NCBI GenBank assembly: GCA_963678315.1
Contig: OY782781.1
Coordinates: 608,001-672,000 of the forward strand
DNA: 64,000 nt
Source of the DNA: Candidatus Cloacimonadales bacterium
GTDB taxonomy: Bacteria; Cloacimonadota; Cloacimonadia; Cloacimonadales; JAFGVF01
Direction of reading: 5' to 3'
The notes beneath the pieces are model-generated. The model did not search any database. It was not told where the DNA came from and saw only the letters and a list, made by a program, of their open reading frames with translations. Positions 18,160-28,647 of the stretch are shown piece by piece; positions within the stretch are counted from its first letter, which is position 1, and each line of letters begins with the position of its first letter. Position numbers and translations under genes: made by a program.

Positions 18160-20532
18160 CTATTTCATCATTATCATTTTGTTAATTTTACTATTGCCAG
18201 CATTTTCTAGTCTATAGAAGTATAATCCGGAAGATACTTTCTTACCTCTGTTATCATGTCCATCCCATACAACAGTATGCTTACCACTGTTTTGAGAAGC
18301 ATTTACTAATGTCTTCACTACTTGTCCTTTGGCATTAAAAACAGTAAGTTTAACTTTACCATTTTCAGTTATATTATATGAAATTGTTGTTTGTGGATTG
18401 AATGGGTTAGGATAGTTGCTAAGTTCCATAGTTACAGCTTGCACAGATTCATCACTGTTAGGAGTAACGCCACTACTGTTTGCAGATCCTGGAGTACCGT
18501 TGCCCATTGAAGCTTGCCAGTTCTCTGCTAGATAGTTATCAGAATTAGCGTCTATGAGTTCAAGTGTGTTGCCCTGACCATCAGGAAGTGTTGACCAGTC
18601 CCCTTCATCTTCATATAAAACGGAATCAATTAAAGTCTCATTTCCATCATAAAGTCTAAGTAATTCACCACCCCCAGCAAGACCAAAGTCAAAATCGCCA
18701 ACATAGTTTGTTACTTCAGGGAATAAAGCAGTAAAGCTCTCAGAATCTTTTGTTAAGACTAGATATGAATCAGCTGCTAGAATTGTGTTTTCAGGAATCT
18801 CAAAGCTGTGATCATCGTCTTCATCTTTAAAAATCCAACCAGATATATTTATTTCTTCTTGGCCAGGGTTATATAATTCTAACCAGTCTCCACTATCAAA
18901 TTCATCAGAAGAATTATAGTTTATTTCATTAATTACGATATTACCAGTCTCTGTTCTAACTTCAGCTACATAAGGTTGGAAGGCTGATTTGCTAGGAAGG
19001 AAGCTACCTTGACTGCTATTCTCACCCCAGAAGTAGTATTCTAAATCACTGTAACCAACTTCTATTTCTGCACCATAGATACCGTCATTTGCTTGACCAT
19101 CATTGTGAGAACCATCGTCAAACATCTCTACTTGACTATATTTATCATAGCTTGAAGATCTATAATATAACCATAATTGATCTACATCATAGGCTTCTAC
19201 ATTGAATGAAGCTGTTGAATTAGCAAATATTTCATTTCCTACAATAGTGTTATTTTCAATAGTTGGAACTGTACCAGAAAACTCACTTTGTTGTTGTAAC
19301 CAGCTACATCTTGTATTCATTAAATATGTTAAACCAACAATAGTTTGAGCTTGTGGACCCCAACCTTCTGAAATAATTGAAGTAATACCATCTGATAACT
19401 GTGAAGTTGTGTAAAATTTGTTTTGATCAGCATTATAATCATCATATATTAAATCTTGAAGTTCATAAGCTCTTGTTTCAAACCAACCACTTTCAAAGAT
19501 GTCTTCTATCATGGTTCTAATATGAGCAATATACATCTTCTTATAAGTATCATTAGTGAGAATTTTATTCAAAATAGGGTAAGTGCTATCATCAGCATTT
19601 AACATTGGATCTAATTGTTGTTTTCCTGAAGCACTTAAGTTACCGTTCCAACCACCGCTTAGAACTTGTGAGAATCCACCAAAAGCCATGTTTAAATCCC
19701 ATATTACAGGGTTAAATCTATTAGTATCATCTTTAATTAAATAGTAGTTGTGAGCAAAGTTAATTGGGGCATCTAGGTTAACAGTTAGGTTATCGAAAGC
19801 AAGCATCCAAAGGTGATTATCAACATTCAAATAGTCTTCTATATTATCAGTATCATTATTTAAGACATCTAAGAATTCAATTAAATCTTCCCAGCCTTCA
19901 TCTGATTCAATCTCATATAGATAAGTATAATCATCAGGATTACTTCCCTCATAACCCCAAATAGTTTCTTCAGAAGGCATACCATTACCAACAATCTCTC
20001 CTTTAAATCTTACATCATTTGTATCAGAAAGATGCTCTCTCATAAACTTTTTATCTACATCTTGAGAACTAGTGTAAATACCGATTAAAGAACCATTAAT
20101 ATAAACATTAGCATAATTAGATTTACCAGCAGGCATATATTGTCTAGCGATTTCATAAGCTAGTGTTTCTCTGACATAAGAAGGATCCATATAGCCATTT
20201 GCAAGCTTGATAGTACCGTATCCATCAATATCTTGATCTTCAATTACATAGTCTAATTTAATATTTAAAGGATTCTTTACTTGGTAGTCTTTGTAAGAAG
20301 AGTTACCCTTATATCGAACTCCAACACTGTCATATTGAACACCATTGATTACAGCAGTAGCCAGTAATCTTTCCCCTTGATCTGCTTCATAATAATTATC
20401 TAAGATTGCGTCCCAATTTGATTCTTCGAAGGTTAGTTCTATTGTGTTAATTGTATTCATATCATAAAAGTCATCAGCCATCATTATGTTAACTGCCATT
20501 AATACTATTATTAGAATAAATGTCTTTTTCAT
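18160..20532 (-). CDS. Secreted CotH-kinase family protein with lamin-tail domain and FlgD-Ig/T9SS-like C-terminal domain
   Basis: Signal peptide; VRYKGNSS, HNYYL, WDLNMAFG; MFDDGSHNDG; IVINEINYNS; NYPNPFNPQT...SSGLYFYRL. Confidence 0.85.
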   Translation of the reverse strand: MKKTFILIIVLMAVNIMMADDFYDMNTINTIELTFEESNWDAILDNYYEADQGERLLATAVINGVQYDSVGVRYKGNSSYKDYQVKNPLNIKLDYVIEDQDIDGYGTIKLANGYMDPSYVRETLAYEIARQYMPAGKSNYANVYINGSLIGIYTSSQDVDKKFMREHLSDTNDVRFKGEIVGNGMPSEETIWGYEGSNPDDYTYLYEIESDEGWEDLIEFLDVLNNDTDNIEDYLNVDNHLWMLAFDNLTVNLDAPINFAHNYYLIKDDTNRFNPVIWDLNMAFGGFSQVLSGGWNGNLSASGKQQLDPMLNADDSTYPILNKILTNDTYKKMYIAHIRTMIEDIFESGWFETRAYELQDLIYDDYNADQNKFYTTSQLSDGITSIISEGWGPQAQTIVGLTYLMNTRCSWLQQQSEFSGTVPTIENNTIVGNEIFANSTASFNVEAYDVDQLWLYYRSSSYDKYSQVEMFDDGSHNDGQANDGIYGAEIEVGYSDLEYYFWGENSSQGSFLPSKSAFQPYVAEVRTETGNIVINEINYNSSDEFDSGDWLELYNPGQEEINISGWIFKDEDDDHSFEIPENTILAADSYLVLTKDSESFTALFPEVTNYVGDFDFGLAGGGELLRLYDGNETLIDSVLYEDEGDWSTLPDGQGNTLELIDANSDNYLAENWQASMGNGTPGSANSSGVTPNSDESVQAVTMELSNYPNPFNPQTTISYNITENGKVKLTVFNAKGQVVKTLVNASQNSGKHTVVWDGHDNRGKKVSSGLYFYRLENAGNSKINKMIMMK

Positions 20533-20651
20533 TTTTAACTCCCAAATCTTTCTTTAAAAACATGTTTCTAACCTTTATGACTTAACTATGTTAATTATCC
20601 TTCACTTTTTTTTATTATTTTTGTTTTTTTATTGTTTTATCAATTGATTAT

Positions 20652-21577
20652 AAGGTCATCCTTACTTGCCACCTTGAAAAAAAGCCAATTTTTCAAGGAG
20701 ACCCTTAAGGAAGGAGTTAGGAGGGAGGAGTTAGAAGTTAGAAGTAGTGGAGTGTAAGCATCCACCGAAGGTTGAACGGAATTCATGCTTACGCAAATTG
20801 ATTCGTAAGCTGGGAAGCTTACAATCCCAGTGTGAGTTTTTCGTAAGCTAGGAAGCTTACAATCCCAGTGTGAGTTTTTCGTAAGCTAGGAAGCTTACAA
20901 TCCCGGTTTGTGTTTTCGTAGCCAGAGATGGAGTGTAAGCATCCACCGATAGGTTGAACGAAGTTCATGCTTACGCAAAGAGAAGCACTTTACTTTCGTA
21001 AGCTAGGAAGCTTACAATCCCAGTGTGAGTTTTTCGTAAGCTAGGAAGCTTACAATCCCGGTTTGTGTTTTCGTAGCCAGAGATGGAGTGTAAGCATCCA
21101 CCGATAGGTTGAACGAAGTTCATGCTTACGCAAAGAGAAGCACTTTACTTTCGTAAGCTAGAAGCTTACAATCCCAGTGTGAGTTTTTCGTAAGCTAGGA
21201 AGCTTACAATCCCAGTGTGAGTTTTTCGTAAGCTAGGAAGCTTACAATCCCGGTTTGTGTTTTCGTAGCCAGAGATGGAGTGTAAGCATCCACCGATAGG
21301 TTGAACGAAGTTCATGCTTACGCAAAGAGAAGCACTTTACTTTCGTAAGCTAGGAAGCTTACAATCCCGGTTTGTGTTTTCGTAGCCAGAGATGGAGTGT
21401 AAGCATCCACCGATAGGTTGAACGAAGTTCATGCTTACGCAAAGAGAAGCACTTTACTTTCGTAAGCTAGAAGCTTTCAATCCCAGTGTGAGTTTTTCGT
21501 AAGCTGGGAAGCTTACAATCCCAAACAGCTTTCGCAAGCAAGGACTGTGACAGGCGAAGACTGTTGCTTGCAAGCCA
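20652..21577. repeat. Mosaic REP/BIME-like array 2: A, then E-FFF-E-FF-E-FFF-E-F-E-FF-D
   Basis: 5 copies of E (GGAGTGTAAGCATCC...GCTTACGCAAA) and 11 of F (CGTAAGCTAGGAAGCTTACAATCCC) with repeated linkers. Confidence 0.95.
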
Positions 21578-21630
21578 AAATAAATCCCAAAACTTCTAAG
21601 CTCTTAAAAAGTATGTTTCTTAGTATCTTT

Positions 21631-22797
21631 TTATTGCTTCTTCTTCATCATTAGAACAATAGGGATTATACCTAAAGCTAAATAGCCACCTACTCTATAT
21701 GTAGTTACAAGATTAAAACTATCTCCGATAAGTCCTATAGCAAGTGAGGCTAGAGATGCTATCATAAAGTTAATAGTCATATACATACCATTAACAAAGG
21801 CTTGTCTATTTGTATCGTAATCATGAACATAAGCAAGTATTATTGGGTTTGTAAAGAACATAAAGAAACCGAGAAGAGCTAGCACTATCAAAGCAGAAGT
21901 TCCACTTAAATAAGTGTAGGCTATCATTAAGATTGGAGATGCTATCGCCATAATTAATAAGGCATTTTTACGGCCGATATAATCTGAGATTGTTCCTGCA
22001 GTTAAGGTTCCTAAAGCTCCTGCAAACTGCATAACTGACAGAGAAATACTGGCTACAAGAAGTGTAGAACCTGATTCTGTCATGTAGGTAGGCAAGAAGT
22101 TCATTAGTCCTTGCTTCATAACAGATTGAAAAGCTACTATACCACCCACAGTTAAGAAAATAGGCATCATGTATTTCAGAACTTGAGAATGACTTTCTTG
22201 CTTAGTTTCTAAGCTTGTTGGAGCAACTTTCTTTGAATCTTGCTCTACTTTATGAATCTTTATAAAAATTAGAAAGGACAATAAATATCCAATTGGTATT
22301 AATCGCCAGACTCCTTCAAGAGTCCAATATGAGATTGCACTGGTGATAACAAGAGGACCCAGCGACCTGGCTAGTTCTCCACCAAGCATATAAAAGCTCA
22401 TACCTGTTCCCTTATTATTACCTGAGACCTTCTTTATTAGCACAGGAGAAGGAACATGAATGAGGGTAGAACCGAAACCGGCTAGGAGTAACAATAGAAA
22501 AAGAGTTGCAAAGTTTTCAGCAATGCCCATCAGAGTCATGGAAGTAACAGCAATAGCAGGAGCCGATGCGACTAGGTACTTGAGTTTTAACCTATCAGAA
22601 TAAGACCCTATGAAGGGATTTAGAAGATTAGGCAGTCTTAGTGCAATTGGCAATAAACTTGCTAAAAACAGGCTAAATCCAAGCTTATCTTTTAGAAGGG
22701 GTAGCATGATAGCAAAAAAGGCAGTAAAAGTGTCATGTAGCATATGAGCTACAGAGATTGTTATTACATTGGCAAGCTGAAACTTATTATTCTTCAT
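21631..22797 (-). CDS. MFS transporter (Fsr-like)
   Basis: AHMLHD start motif, about 12 hydrophobic segments, GTISDYIGRK; start probably MKNNKF. Confidence 0.85.
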   Translation of the reverse strand: MKNNKFQLANVITISVAHMLHDTFTAFFAIMLPLLKDKLGFSLFLASLLPIALRLPNLLNPFIGSYSDRLKLKYLVASAPAIAVTSMTLMGIAENFATLFLLLLLAGFGSTLIHVPSPVLIKKVSGNNKGTGMSFYMLGGELARSLGPLVITSAISYWTLEGVWRLIPIGYLLSFLIFIKIHKVEQDSKKVAPTSLETKQESHSQVLKYMMPIFLTVGGIVAFQSVMKQGLMNFLPTYMTESGSTLLVASISLSVMQFAGALGTLTAGTISDYIGRKNALLIMAIASPILMIAYTYLSGTSALIVLALLGFFMFFTNPIILAYVHDYDTNRQAFVNGMYMTINFMIASLASLAIGLIGDSFNLVTTYRVGGYLALGIIPIVLMMKKKQ

Positions 22798-23140
22798 TTT
22801 TGTTAAGTTGGTCCCAGAAGTCAAAAGCCCTTCTAAGATGAGGAATTACAATTGAACCACCAACTAGCATTCCAATTGAAAGCGCTTCTTCAATCTCTTT
22901 ATCTGTATAATTAAGATCATGACATTTCTTTAAGTGATATTTCACACAATCATCACATCTTAAAACCAGAGATGAAACCAAGCCTAAGAGCTCTTTTGTT
23001 TTAGCTGGAAGAGCACCATCACGGTACATCTGATTATCAAGTGAAAGAAACCTATTTGATTCTAAACCAGTGTATTTAAACATTATTTCATTAAGTCTAT
23101 CTCTTTCATCTGCAAATTCTTTATATTTAGTCTTTTTCAT
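22787..23140 (-). CDS. Carboxymuconolactone decarboxylase/AhpD-like protein
   Basis: GALPAKTKELL...LRCDDCVKYH. Confidence 0.85.
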   Translation of the reverse strand: MKKTKYKEFADERDRLNEIMFKYTGLESNRFLSLDNQMYRDGALPAKTKELLGLVSSLVLRCDDCVKYHLKKCHDLNYTDKEIEEALSIGMLVGGSIVIPHLRRAFDFWDQLNKNEE

Positions 23141-23187
23141 AAGCCCTTTCTTGATTTAATTAATAGAATTGTTTAACTGTAGTAAGT

Positions 23188-25704
23188 TTATTTTGGAGAG
23201 CAAAGAGCATCCATTTTCTCATAAAGCTCTAACTTCTTGATTGGCTTAGCAACAAATTCGTTACAGCCCATAGTTAGATACTTATCTCTTTCTTCATGCA
23301 TAGCAAAAGCTGTAAGTGCTATAACCGGGAAGTCTTTATATTCAGGGTTTTTACGAATATTCTTTATTGTAGTCATACCATCCATTACTGGCATTTGCAT
23401 ATCAAGAAGAAGGATATCATAATGGCCTTCCTCAAGTTTATCTAAAGCTATTTGTCCGTTATCAGCAAGATCACACTTAATATTTACTTTCTTTAGAATA
23501 GAGCGGATAAGTTTTTGGTTGATTTTGTTATCTTCTGCTACAAGAACCTTTAGATGACTTAAATCATAATCAATCTTATCATCCTTAGCTTTAAGTTGGA
23601 TATTCTTAGTGGACTTCTTTAGTGGAAGTTTGATAGTAAAAGTAGTACCAACATTTAATTCTGATTTTACTTCAACAAAACCATTCATGGAATCAATAAT
23701 ATTCTTTACGATAGCAAGCCCTAATCCGGTACCTGATGTTATCTTCTTATCATGGTGCTTTATCTGCTCAAAGGCATCAAATATCTTATTAACTCTATCT
23801 TTAGGAATACCAACACCAGTATCTTTAATCTCAAAGATAGCTAGGTTATTCCTGTGAGAAATAGTGAGGGTAATCTTACCTCTTTCAGTATAATTTACAG
23901 CGTTGGAAAGTACATTGATTAGAACTTGTTTAATTTTCAGCTCATCCCCAATTACATTCTCAGGAATAATATCATTCTTGTAAGTTTCAAGTTTAAGATC
24001 CTTTTGAGAAGCAGAAACCTGAATAAGCCTTGTAACTTCATCAAGCATATTCTTGAATGAGAATTCTTTATCAGTGATTCTTTCATTACCAAGCTCAACT
24101 CTTGAGAGCTCTAAAATATTGTTTATGATGTTTAGTAGGTGCTCCCCAGAAGAAACAATGGTACGCAGTTTATCACGTTTATCCATGTCAGTTTCCACAT
24201 CGTAAATAAGCTGAGCGAAGCCATTTATAGCATTCAAAGGCGTGCGTATTTCATGACTCATGTGAGATAAGAATGTAGATTTAGCAAGACTTGCAGCCTC
24301 AGCCTTCTCTTTAGAAATCTTGAGCTTATTCTCAAACTCTTTCATTTCAGAAACATCAATGAGATACTCAAAGAAACCAATACACTTATCATTTTGATTA
24401 AAAGTAAGATTAGTGTGGTCTTTAACCCAAATCTCAGTATTGTCTTTCTTGATAATCTTGTATGGTTCATGAGTGTAGTGTTCTTTATGTTCTTCCAAAT
24501 ATTTATTAGCTTCCTTGAACAACTGCTCTTTGTTATCATTTGCTATCAAATCATTGATATCAAGATTCTCTCTCAGAAACTCTTCTTTAGTGTAGCCAGT
24601 AAAATGATGAACATTATCAGAAATCCAGTCTACCTTTTTCTTTCCACCAATATAAGAACACTTCAATATCATGACAGGACCGTTCCTGAATAAGTTTCTT
24701 TCATTCATGAGGTTCTGTTGATGTTCTCTTCTTTCTGTAATATCAGTAAAACCAATTAAGATAGACCTGTCTTCCATTTTGGTTATGCTTAGCTTGAAGA
24801 TGTGAACTCCTAAATCAATGTTGATTGGGAATTCTTCAATAACAAATGATTCTTCACTATGCCCTAATGATAATTCCCTAATCTTTCTAATAAAGAATTC
24901 ACGATCTTTATAATCACTTGCATAAGTTAACATAAATTCTAAGATTGTGTGGTTAACTAATGGCTTTTTAAACTTGTTTAGAATATTCTTGTTAGCATAA
25001 ACAATCTTTGAGTCATTGATTATTATTAGGGGATATGGCACTTCATCTAAAGCCATTCTAAGCCCAAGTTTACTTTGCACAGTATTATCAGAAACAAAGA
25101 AATCTTCTGTTTCATCATGAATGGTTATAGTCTTATATGTTTTCCCGTGCACAGTTATTAAGTTAAACATTGACACTTTTAAATAAGATACCCTTCCATT
25201 TAGGATACCATCAAAAGTAAATTCTTGCTTACCTTGTCCTGAACATAAGCTTTTCTCTTTTGCATAGAATATGTCCATATCTTCAGTAGATATATTGAAG
25301 AAAGTTAAGATTTCACTAACATCGAATTGTTCTCTAGACTCAAGGAATGAATCAAGATCTTTGCTTAAGGAATTATGGAGAGAAGTAGTTTTACCTTTGT
25401 TATCTCGGCATAGAATTATTGTGGACCTTGATTCTGCAAGGTTTTTAACTAAAGGGCAAAGATTATCCAAAGCAGTCAGATTATTTGAAAGGTTGAGCTT
25501 TTCAACTATATCTTCATGAGAAAATCCTAATTTAATGTAATTATCGATAAGCACTAATTTATCAATAATATCACATGAAAGTTCTGCTTCAGCGTAGTTG
25601 GTGAGCTTTTCATCAACGAACAAATATTGGTAAAAATCCTTTAAGTTCTCTTCTTTGAGTCCCAAGTTTTCTATCAACTCTAATAACTTAATTTTCTTCT
25701 CCAT
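23188..25704 (-). CDS. Cytoplasmic PAS-containing hybrid histidine kinase with receiver domain
   Basis: H-box SHEIRTPLN, N-box QVLINVLSNA, G1 DTGVG, G2 GTGLGL, REC AEDN...LDMQMP...KP. Confidence 0.93.
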   Translation of the reverse strand: MEKKIKLLELIENLGLKEENLKDFYQYLFVDEKLTNYAEAELSCDIIDKLVLIDNYIKLGFSHEDIVEKLNLSNNLTALDNLCPLVKNLAESRSTIILCRDNKGKTTSLHNSLSKDLDSFLESREQFDVSEILTFFNISTEDMDIFYAKEKSLCSGQGKQEFTFDGILNGRVSYLKVSMFNLITVHGKTYKTITIHDETEDFFVSDNTVQSKLGLRMALDEVPYPLIIINDSKIVYANKNILNKFKKPLVNHTILEFMLTYASDYKDREFFIRKIRELSLGHSEESFVIEEFPINIDLGVHIFKLSITKMEDRSILIGFTDITERREHQQNLMNERNLFRNGPVMILKCSYIGGKKKVDWISDNVHHFTGYTKEEFLRENLDINDLIANDNKEQLFKEANKYLEEHKEHYTHEPYKIIKKDNTEIWVKDHTNLTFNQNDKCIGFFEYLIDVSEMKEFENKLKISKEKAEAASLAKSTFLSHMSHEIRTPLNAINGFAQLIYDVETDMDKRDKLRTIVSSGEHLLNIINNILELSRVELGNERITDKEFSFKNMLDEVTRLIQVSASQKDLKLETYKNDIIPENVIGDELKIKQVLINVLSNAVNYTERGKITLTISHRNNLAIFEIKDTGVGIPKDRVNKIFDAFEQIKHHDKKITSGTGLGLAIVKNIIDSMNGFVEVKSELNVGTTFTIKLPLKKSTKNIQLKAKDDKIDYDLSHLKVLVAEDNKINQKLIRSILKKVNIKCDLADNGQIALDKLEEGHYDILLLDMQMPVMDGMTTIKNIRKNPEYKDFPVIALTAFAMHEERDKYLTMGCNEFVAKPIKKLELYEKMDALCSPK

Positions 25705-25897
25705 ATATCACCCATATAAATATTTATACTTTATTTTCTTATTTAGTTACGTTTGTCAAGTAATATCGCTATATCTAATATAATTATTCCATAAACAAAG
25801 ATTTTTATTTTCTAATAATAAAGCTAAGAAAAGAGAATCTAGTCCAAGTTTAAGGATAAAATTCTCTTTGAAAAACTTCTTTATGGTAGTATTATTA

Positions 25898-27037
25898 TTA
25901 ATAAGCTAGAATAAGAATAGCCTCAATATCTTCTCTATTCAGTTTGCTCATAGCACCAATAGATGGGAATTCCATTATCTTATCAGCGATTGCCTTTAAA
26001 TCACTCTTTTGAATGCAGAGATCTCTTAATGATATAGGATTACCCCACTCACGAAGCTTAGTCCTCATATTGATAAGAGCAGCAATAAAGTTATCTGCCC
26101 CCCACACTTTGCACCAGCGAGTAAACTTGCTAGGATATCTAATAGCCATGAACTCTATCCAAGCAGGGAATATAACTCCCAGTCCAGCACCGTGAGCAAC
26201 TCTCGGATACAAGGCTGAGATACCGTGTTCAATAATATGACATGCCCAATCTCCACCACTCATTCCAATTCCTGAGATACCATTAAGCGCTAGGGTAGCA
26301 GACCATGCCAAACTAGCTCTAGCATTGTAGTCATGAGGATTTGCTTGTAGCTTATCAGTAGCTCTGATAACAGACATCATTAAAGCTTCATCAAGGCTTA
26401 GCGTTACATCGTTATCTTCAGAAATAAAGTAATACTCCATAATATGAGCAAGAGCGTCAATGGCTCCATTAACTGTCTGATTCCATGGTAAGCTAAACTG
26501 TACAGAAGGGTCTATGATAGAGACTTTCGGGTAAAGAAGATCTGAGCCTCCACCCCACTTTTGCTGGGTTTCTGAATTAGTTATAACGAAGCCTGAATTC
26601 ATCTCAGAACCTGTAGCTGATATTGTTAGAACTGTATAAATAGGAAGTGCTTTTGTTGCCTTAACCCTTCTTTGCATAAACATCCAGACATCATCTAAGT
26701 AAAAGCCAACAGCAATAGCTTTAGCAGAGTCAATTACAGATCCTCCACCAACTGCAAGTATAGCTTGAACTTCATTATCTCTTGCAAAAGCAATAGCTTC
26801 ATTTACCTTACTTAAAACAGGGTTTGCTTGCACACCCCACATTTCCACAAATTCTATCTTGTTCTTTTGTAAAGAATCAATCGTTTGTTCATAAACTCCA
26901 TTCTTCTTGATAGAACCGCCACCTGCCAAGAGAAGTACCTTCCCTATCTTGTCAGCGACTAGCTCTTTAGCTATTTCACTTATCTTATCTTTCCCGAATA
27001 TTATCTTTGTCGGGTTATAGAAATTAAAATCATTCAT
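25898..27037 (-). CDS. Iron-containing alcohol (butanol) dehydrogenase
   Basis: FYNPTKIIFG, GGGSVIDSAK, HIIEH, HGAGL; exact start uncertain. Confidence 0.9.
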   Translation of the reverse strand: MNDFNFYNPTKIIFGKDKISEIAKELVADKIGKVLLLAGGGSIKKNGVYEQTIDSLQKNKIEFVEMWGVQANPVLSKVNEAIAFARDNEVQAILAVGGGSVIDSAKAIAVGFYLDDVWMFMQRRVKATKALPIYTVLTISATGSEMNSGFVITNSETQQKWGGGSDLLYPKVSIIDPSVQFSLPWNQTVNGAIDALAHIMEYYFISEDNDVTLSLDEALMMSVIRATDKLQANPHDYNARASLAWSATLALNGISGIGMSGGDWACHIIEHGISALYPRVAHGAGLGVIFPAWIEFMAIRYPSKFTRWCKVWGADNFIAALINMRTKLREWGNPISLRDLCIQKSDLKAIADKIMEFPSIGAMSKLNREDIEAILILAY

Positions 27038-27112
27038 CTGAACCACCATTAAAAGCAATTTTATTTATAATATAAATTTACATTTAGCTAAAGCAAATAA
27101 TTTAATACTTAA

Positions 27113-27916
27113 TTACTTTTTGATAAAGGTAGTAATAAGGTATGAAGCTCCAGCTAGAACAATTATAACTGCCCCAGTAGGAAGATTTAATTCATAGGAA
27201 GCCCACAAGCCAGAAATAGTAAAGATAAAGCCCAGAATAGTTGCCCAGACCATCATTCCACCGATTGACCTAGTAAACTGTCTGCTGATTGCAGCTGGTA
27301 AGGTTAAAAGAGCAATAACAAGAATAATGCCCACGACTCTTATCAACATTACCACGCTTAGTGATATTAAGCAAAGAAGCAAGATATAGAGAAAGTTGAC
27401 TGGAATATTCTTTAACCTAGCAAACTCTTCATCAAAGATAATAGCTACAAACTGTCTATAGAATAACAATACTACACCAATAATGAAGACATCAAGCGCT
27501 AGTAGTAGCCAAATATCCATATCTGTAACTAACAATATATTACCGAATAGATAAGTCATTAAGTTAGTATTATATCCAGGTGTTAAAGACATAAATATTA
27601 TGCCCACAGCCATACCCACAGCCCAAAAGGCACTCAGAACAGTATCTTCGTTTTGCTTCTTATTCAGTTTTACCCAGCCAATTAACACTGCAGCTAGGAT
27701 AGCAAATACAAATGCTCCTAAGTTTGGGTTTAGCCCAAGATAGACAGCTATTCCAATGCCACCTAATACTGAATGGGCAATTGCTCCACTTACAAAAGAT
27801 ATTCTTTTTACTACTACCAATGAGCCAGACACTCCGCAGGCAATACTTGCTAGAATTCCAGCAAAAAAGGCATTAATTAAGAAAGGTGTTGAGGTTAGTG
27901 CTTGTAAAAATTCCAT
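27113..27916 (-). CDS. znuB: Zn/Mn ABC transporter permease
   Basis: AIAHSVLGG, YLFGNIL, FDEEFA. Confidence 0.85.
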   Translation of the reverse strand: MEFLQALTSTPFLINAFFAGILASIACGVSGSLVVVKRISFVSGAIAHSVLGGIGIAVYLGLNPNLGAFVFAILAAVLIGWVKLNKKQNEDTVLSAFWAVGMAVGIIFMSLTPGYNTNLMTYLFGNILLVTDMDIWLLLALDVFIIGVVLLFYRQFVAIIFDEEFARLKNIPVNFLYILLLCLISLSVVMLIRVVGIILVIALLTLPAAISRQFTRSIGGMMVWATILGFIFTISGLWASYELNLPTGAVIIVLAGASYLITTFIKK

Positions 27917-27917
27917 C

Positions 27918-28646
27918 TTACAAACCACACTGGTGTTTAATATGTTTCATTGGGCCATTATACATTTCAGCATTCTCCTCAGAACAAACATCATTGATAT
28001 CATGAGTATTAAGATTGACATTAACACAAAAGACTCTATTAACATACTTTGTTACAAAATTAACGTCATGAGTTACCAAGATAATAGTCATCTTTTTATT
28101 TAGATCATGTAGAAGCTCATATATATCTTGTTCAACCGAAATATCCACAGAAGCAGTAGGTTCATCTAGAATTAGGAGTTCAGGGTCGTCTAAAAGAGCT
28201 CTAGCAATCAAAGCACGTTGTCTCTGTCCTCCTGATAACTCTTGAAGAAACCTATTTTCAAAGTCTTCAATTTTGAGCTGTTTAAGAATTGATTCAGCTT
28301 TCAGAATATCTTCTTTTGCATACTTAACAAATAAAGAATTCTTCCTTAATTTACTCTGTAGCACCATATCAATTAATCTTAAAGGAAAGTCTTGTCTATG
28401 AGTAATAAACTGAGGTACATAGCCAATTCTATGCAGGTTTTTCTCTGGTTTATCACCAAATATCATAACCTGGCCTGAATCTGCTTTAATTTGATTTAGA
28501 ATTAACTTTAGTAGTGTAGACTTCCCACCCCCATTAGGACCTACAATCGCTATGAAATCATTCTTTTCAATAGTGAAATTAATCTTAGCGAGAGTAGGAG
28601 TCTTACTATAAGAAAAGTTTACATCTTTAAATTCAACAATACTCAT
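27918..28646 (-). CDS. znuC: Zn/Mn ABC transporter ATPase
   Basis: GPNGGGKST, GYVPQ, LSGGQRQR, LDEPT. Confidence 0.88.
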   Translation of the reverse strand: MSIVEFKDVNFSYSKTPTLAKINFTIEKNDFIAIVGPNGGGKSTLLKLILNQIKADSGQVMIFGDKPEKNLHRIGYVPQFITHRQDFPLRLIDMVLQSKLRKNSLFVKYAKEDILKAESILKQLKIEDFENRFLQELSGGQRQRALIARALLDDPELLILDEPTASVDISVEQDIYELLHDLNKKMTIILVTHDVNFVTKYVNRVFCVNVNLNTHDINDVCSEENAEMYNGPMKHIKHQCGL

Positions 28647-28647
28647 T

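Noticed and set aside
20749..21577. CRISPR array
   Set aside because: Inter-repeat sequences are themselves repeated (no unique spacers), spacing is irregular, and no cas genes are in the window
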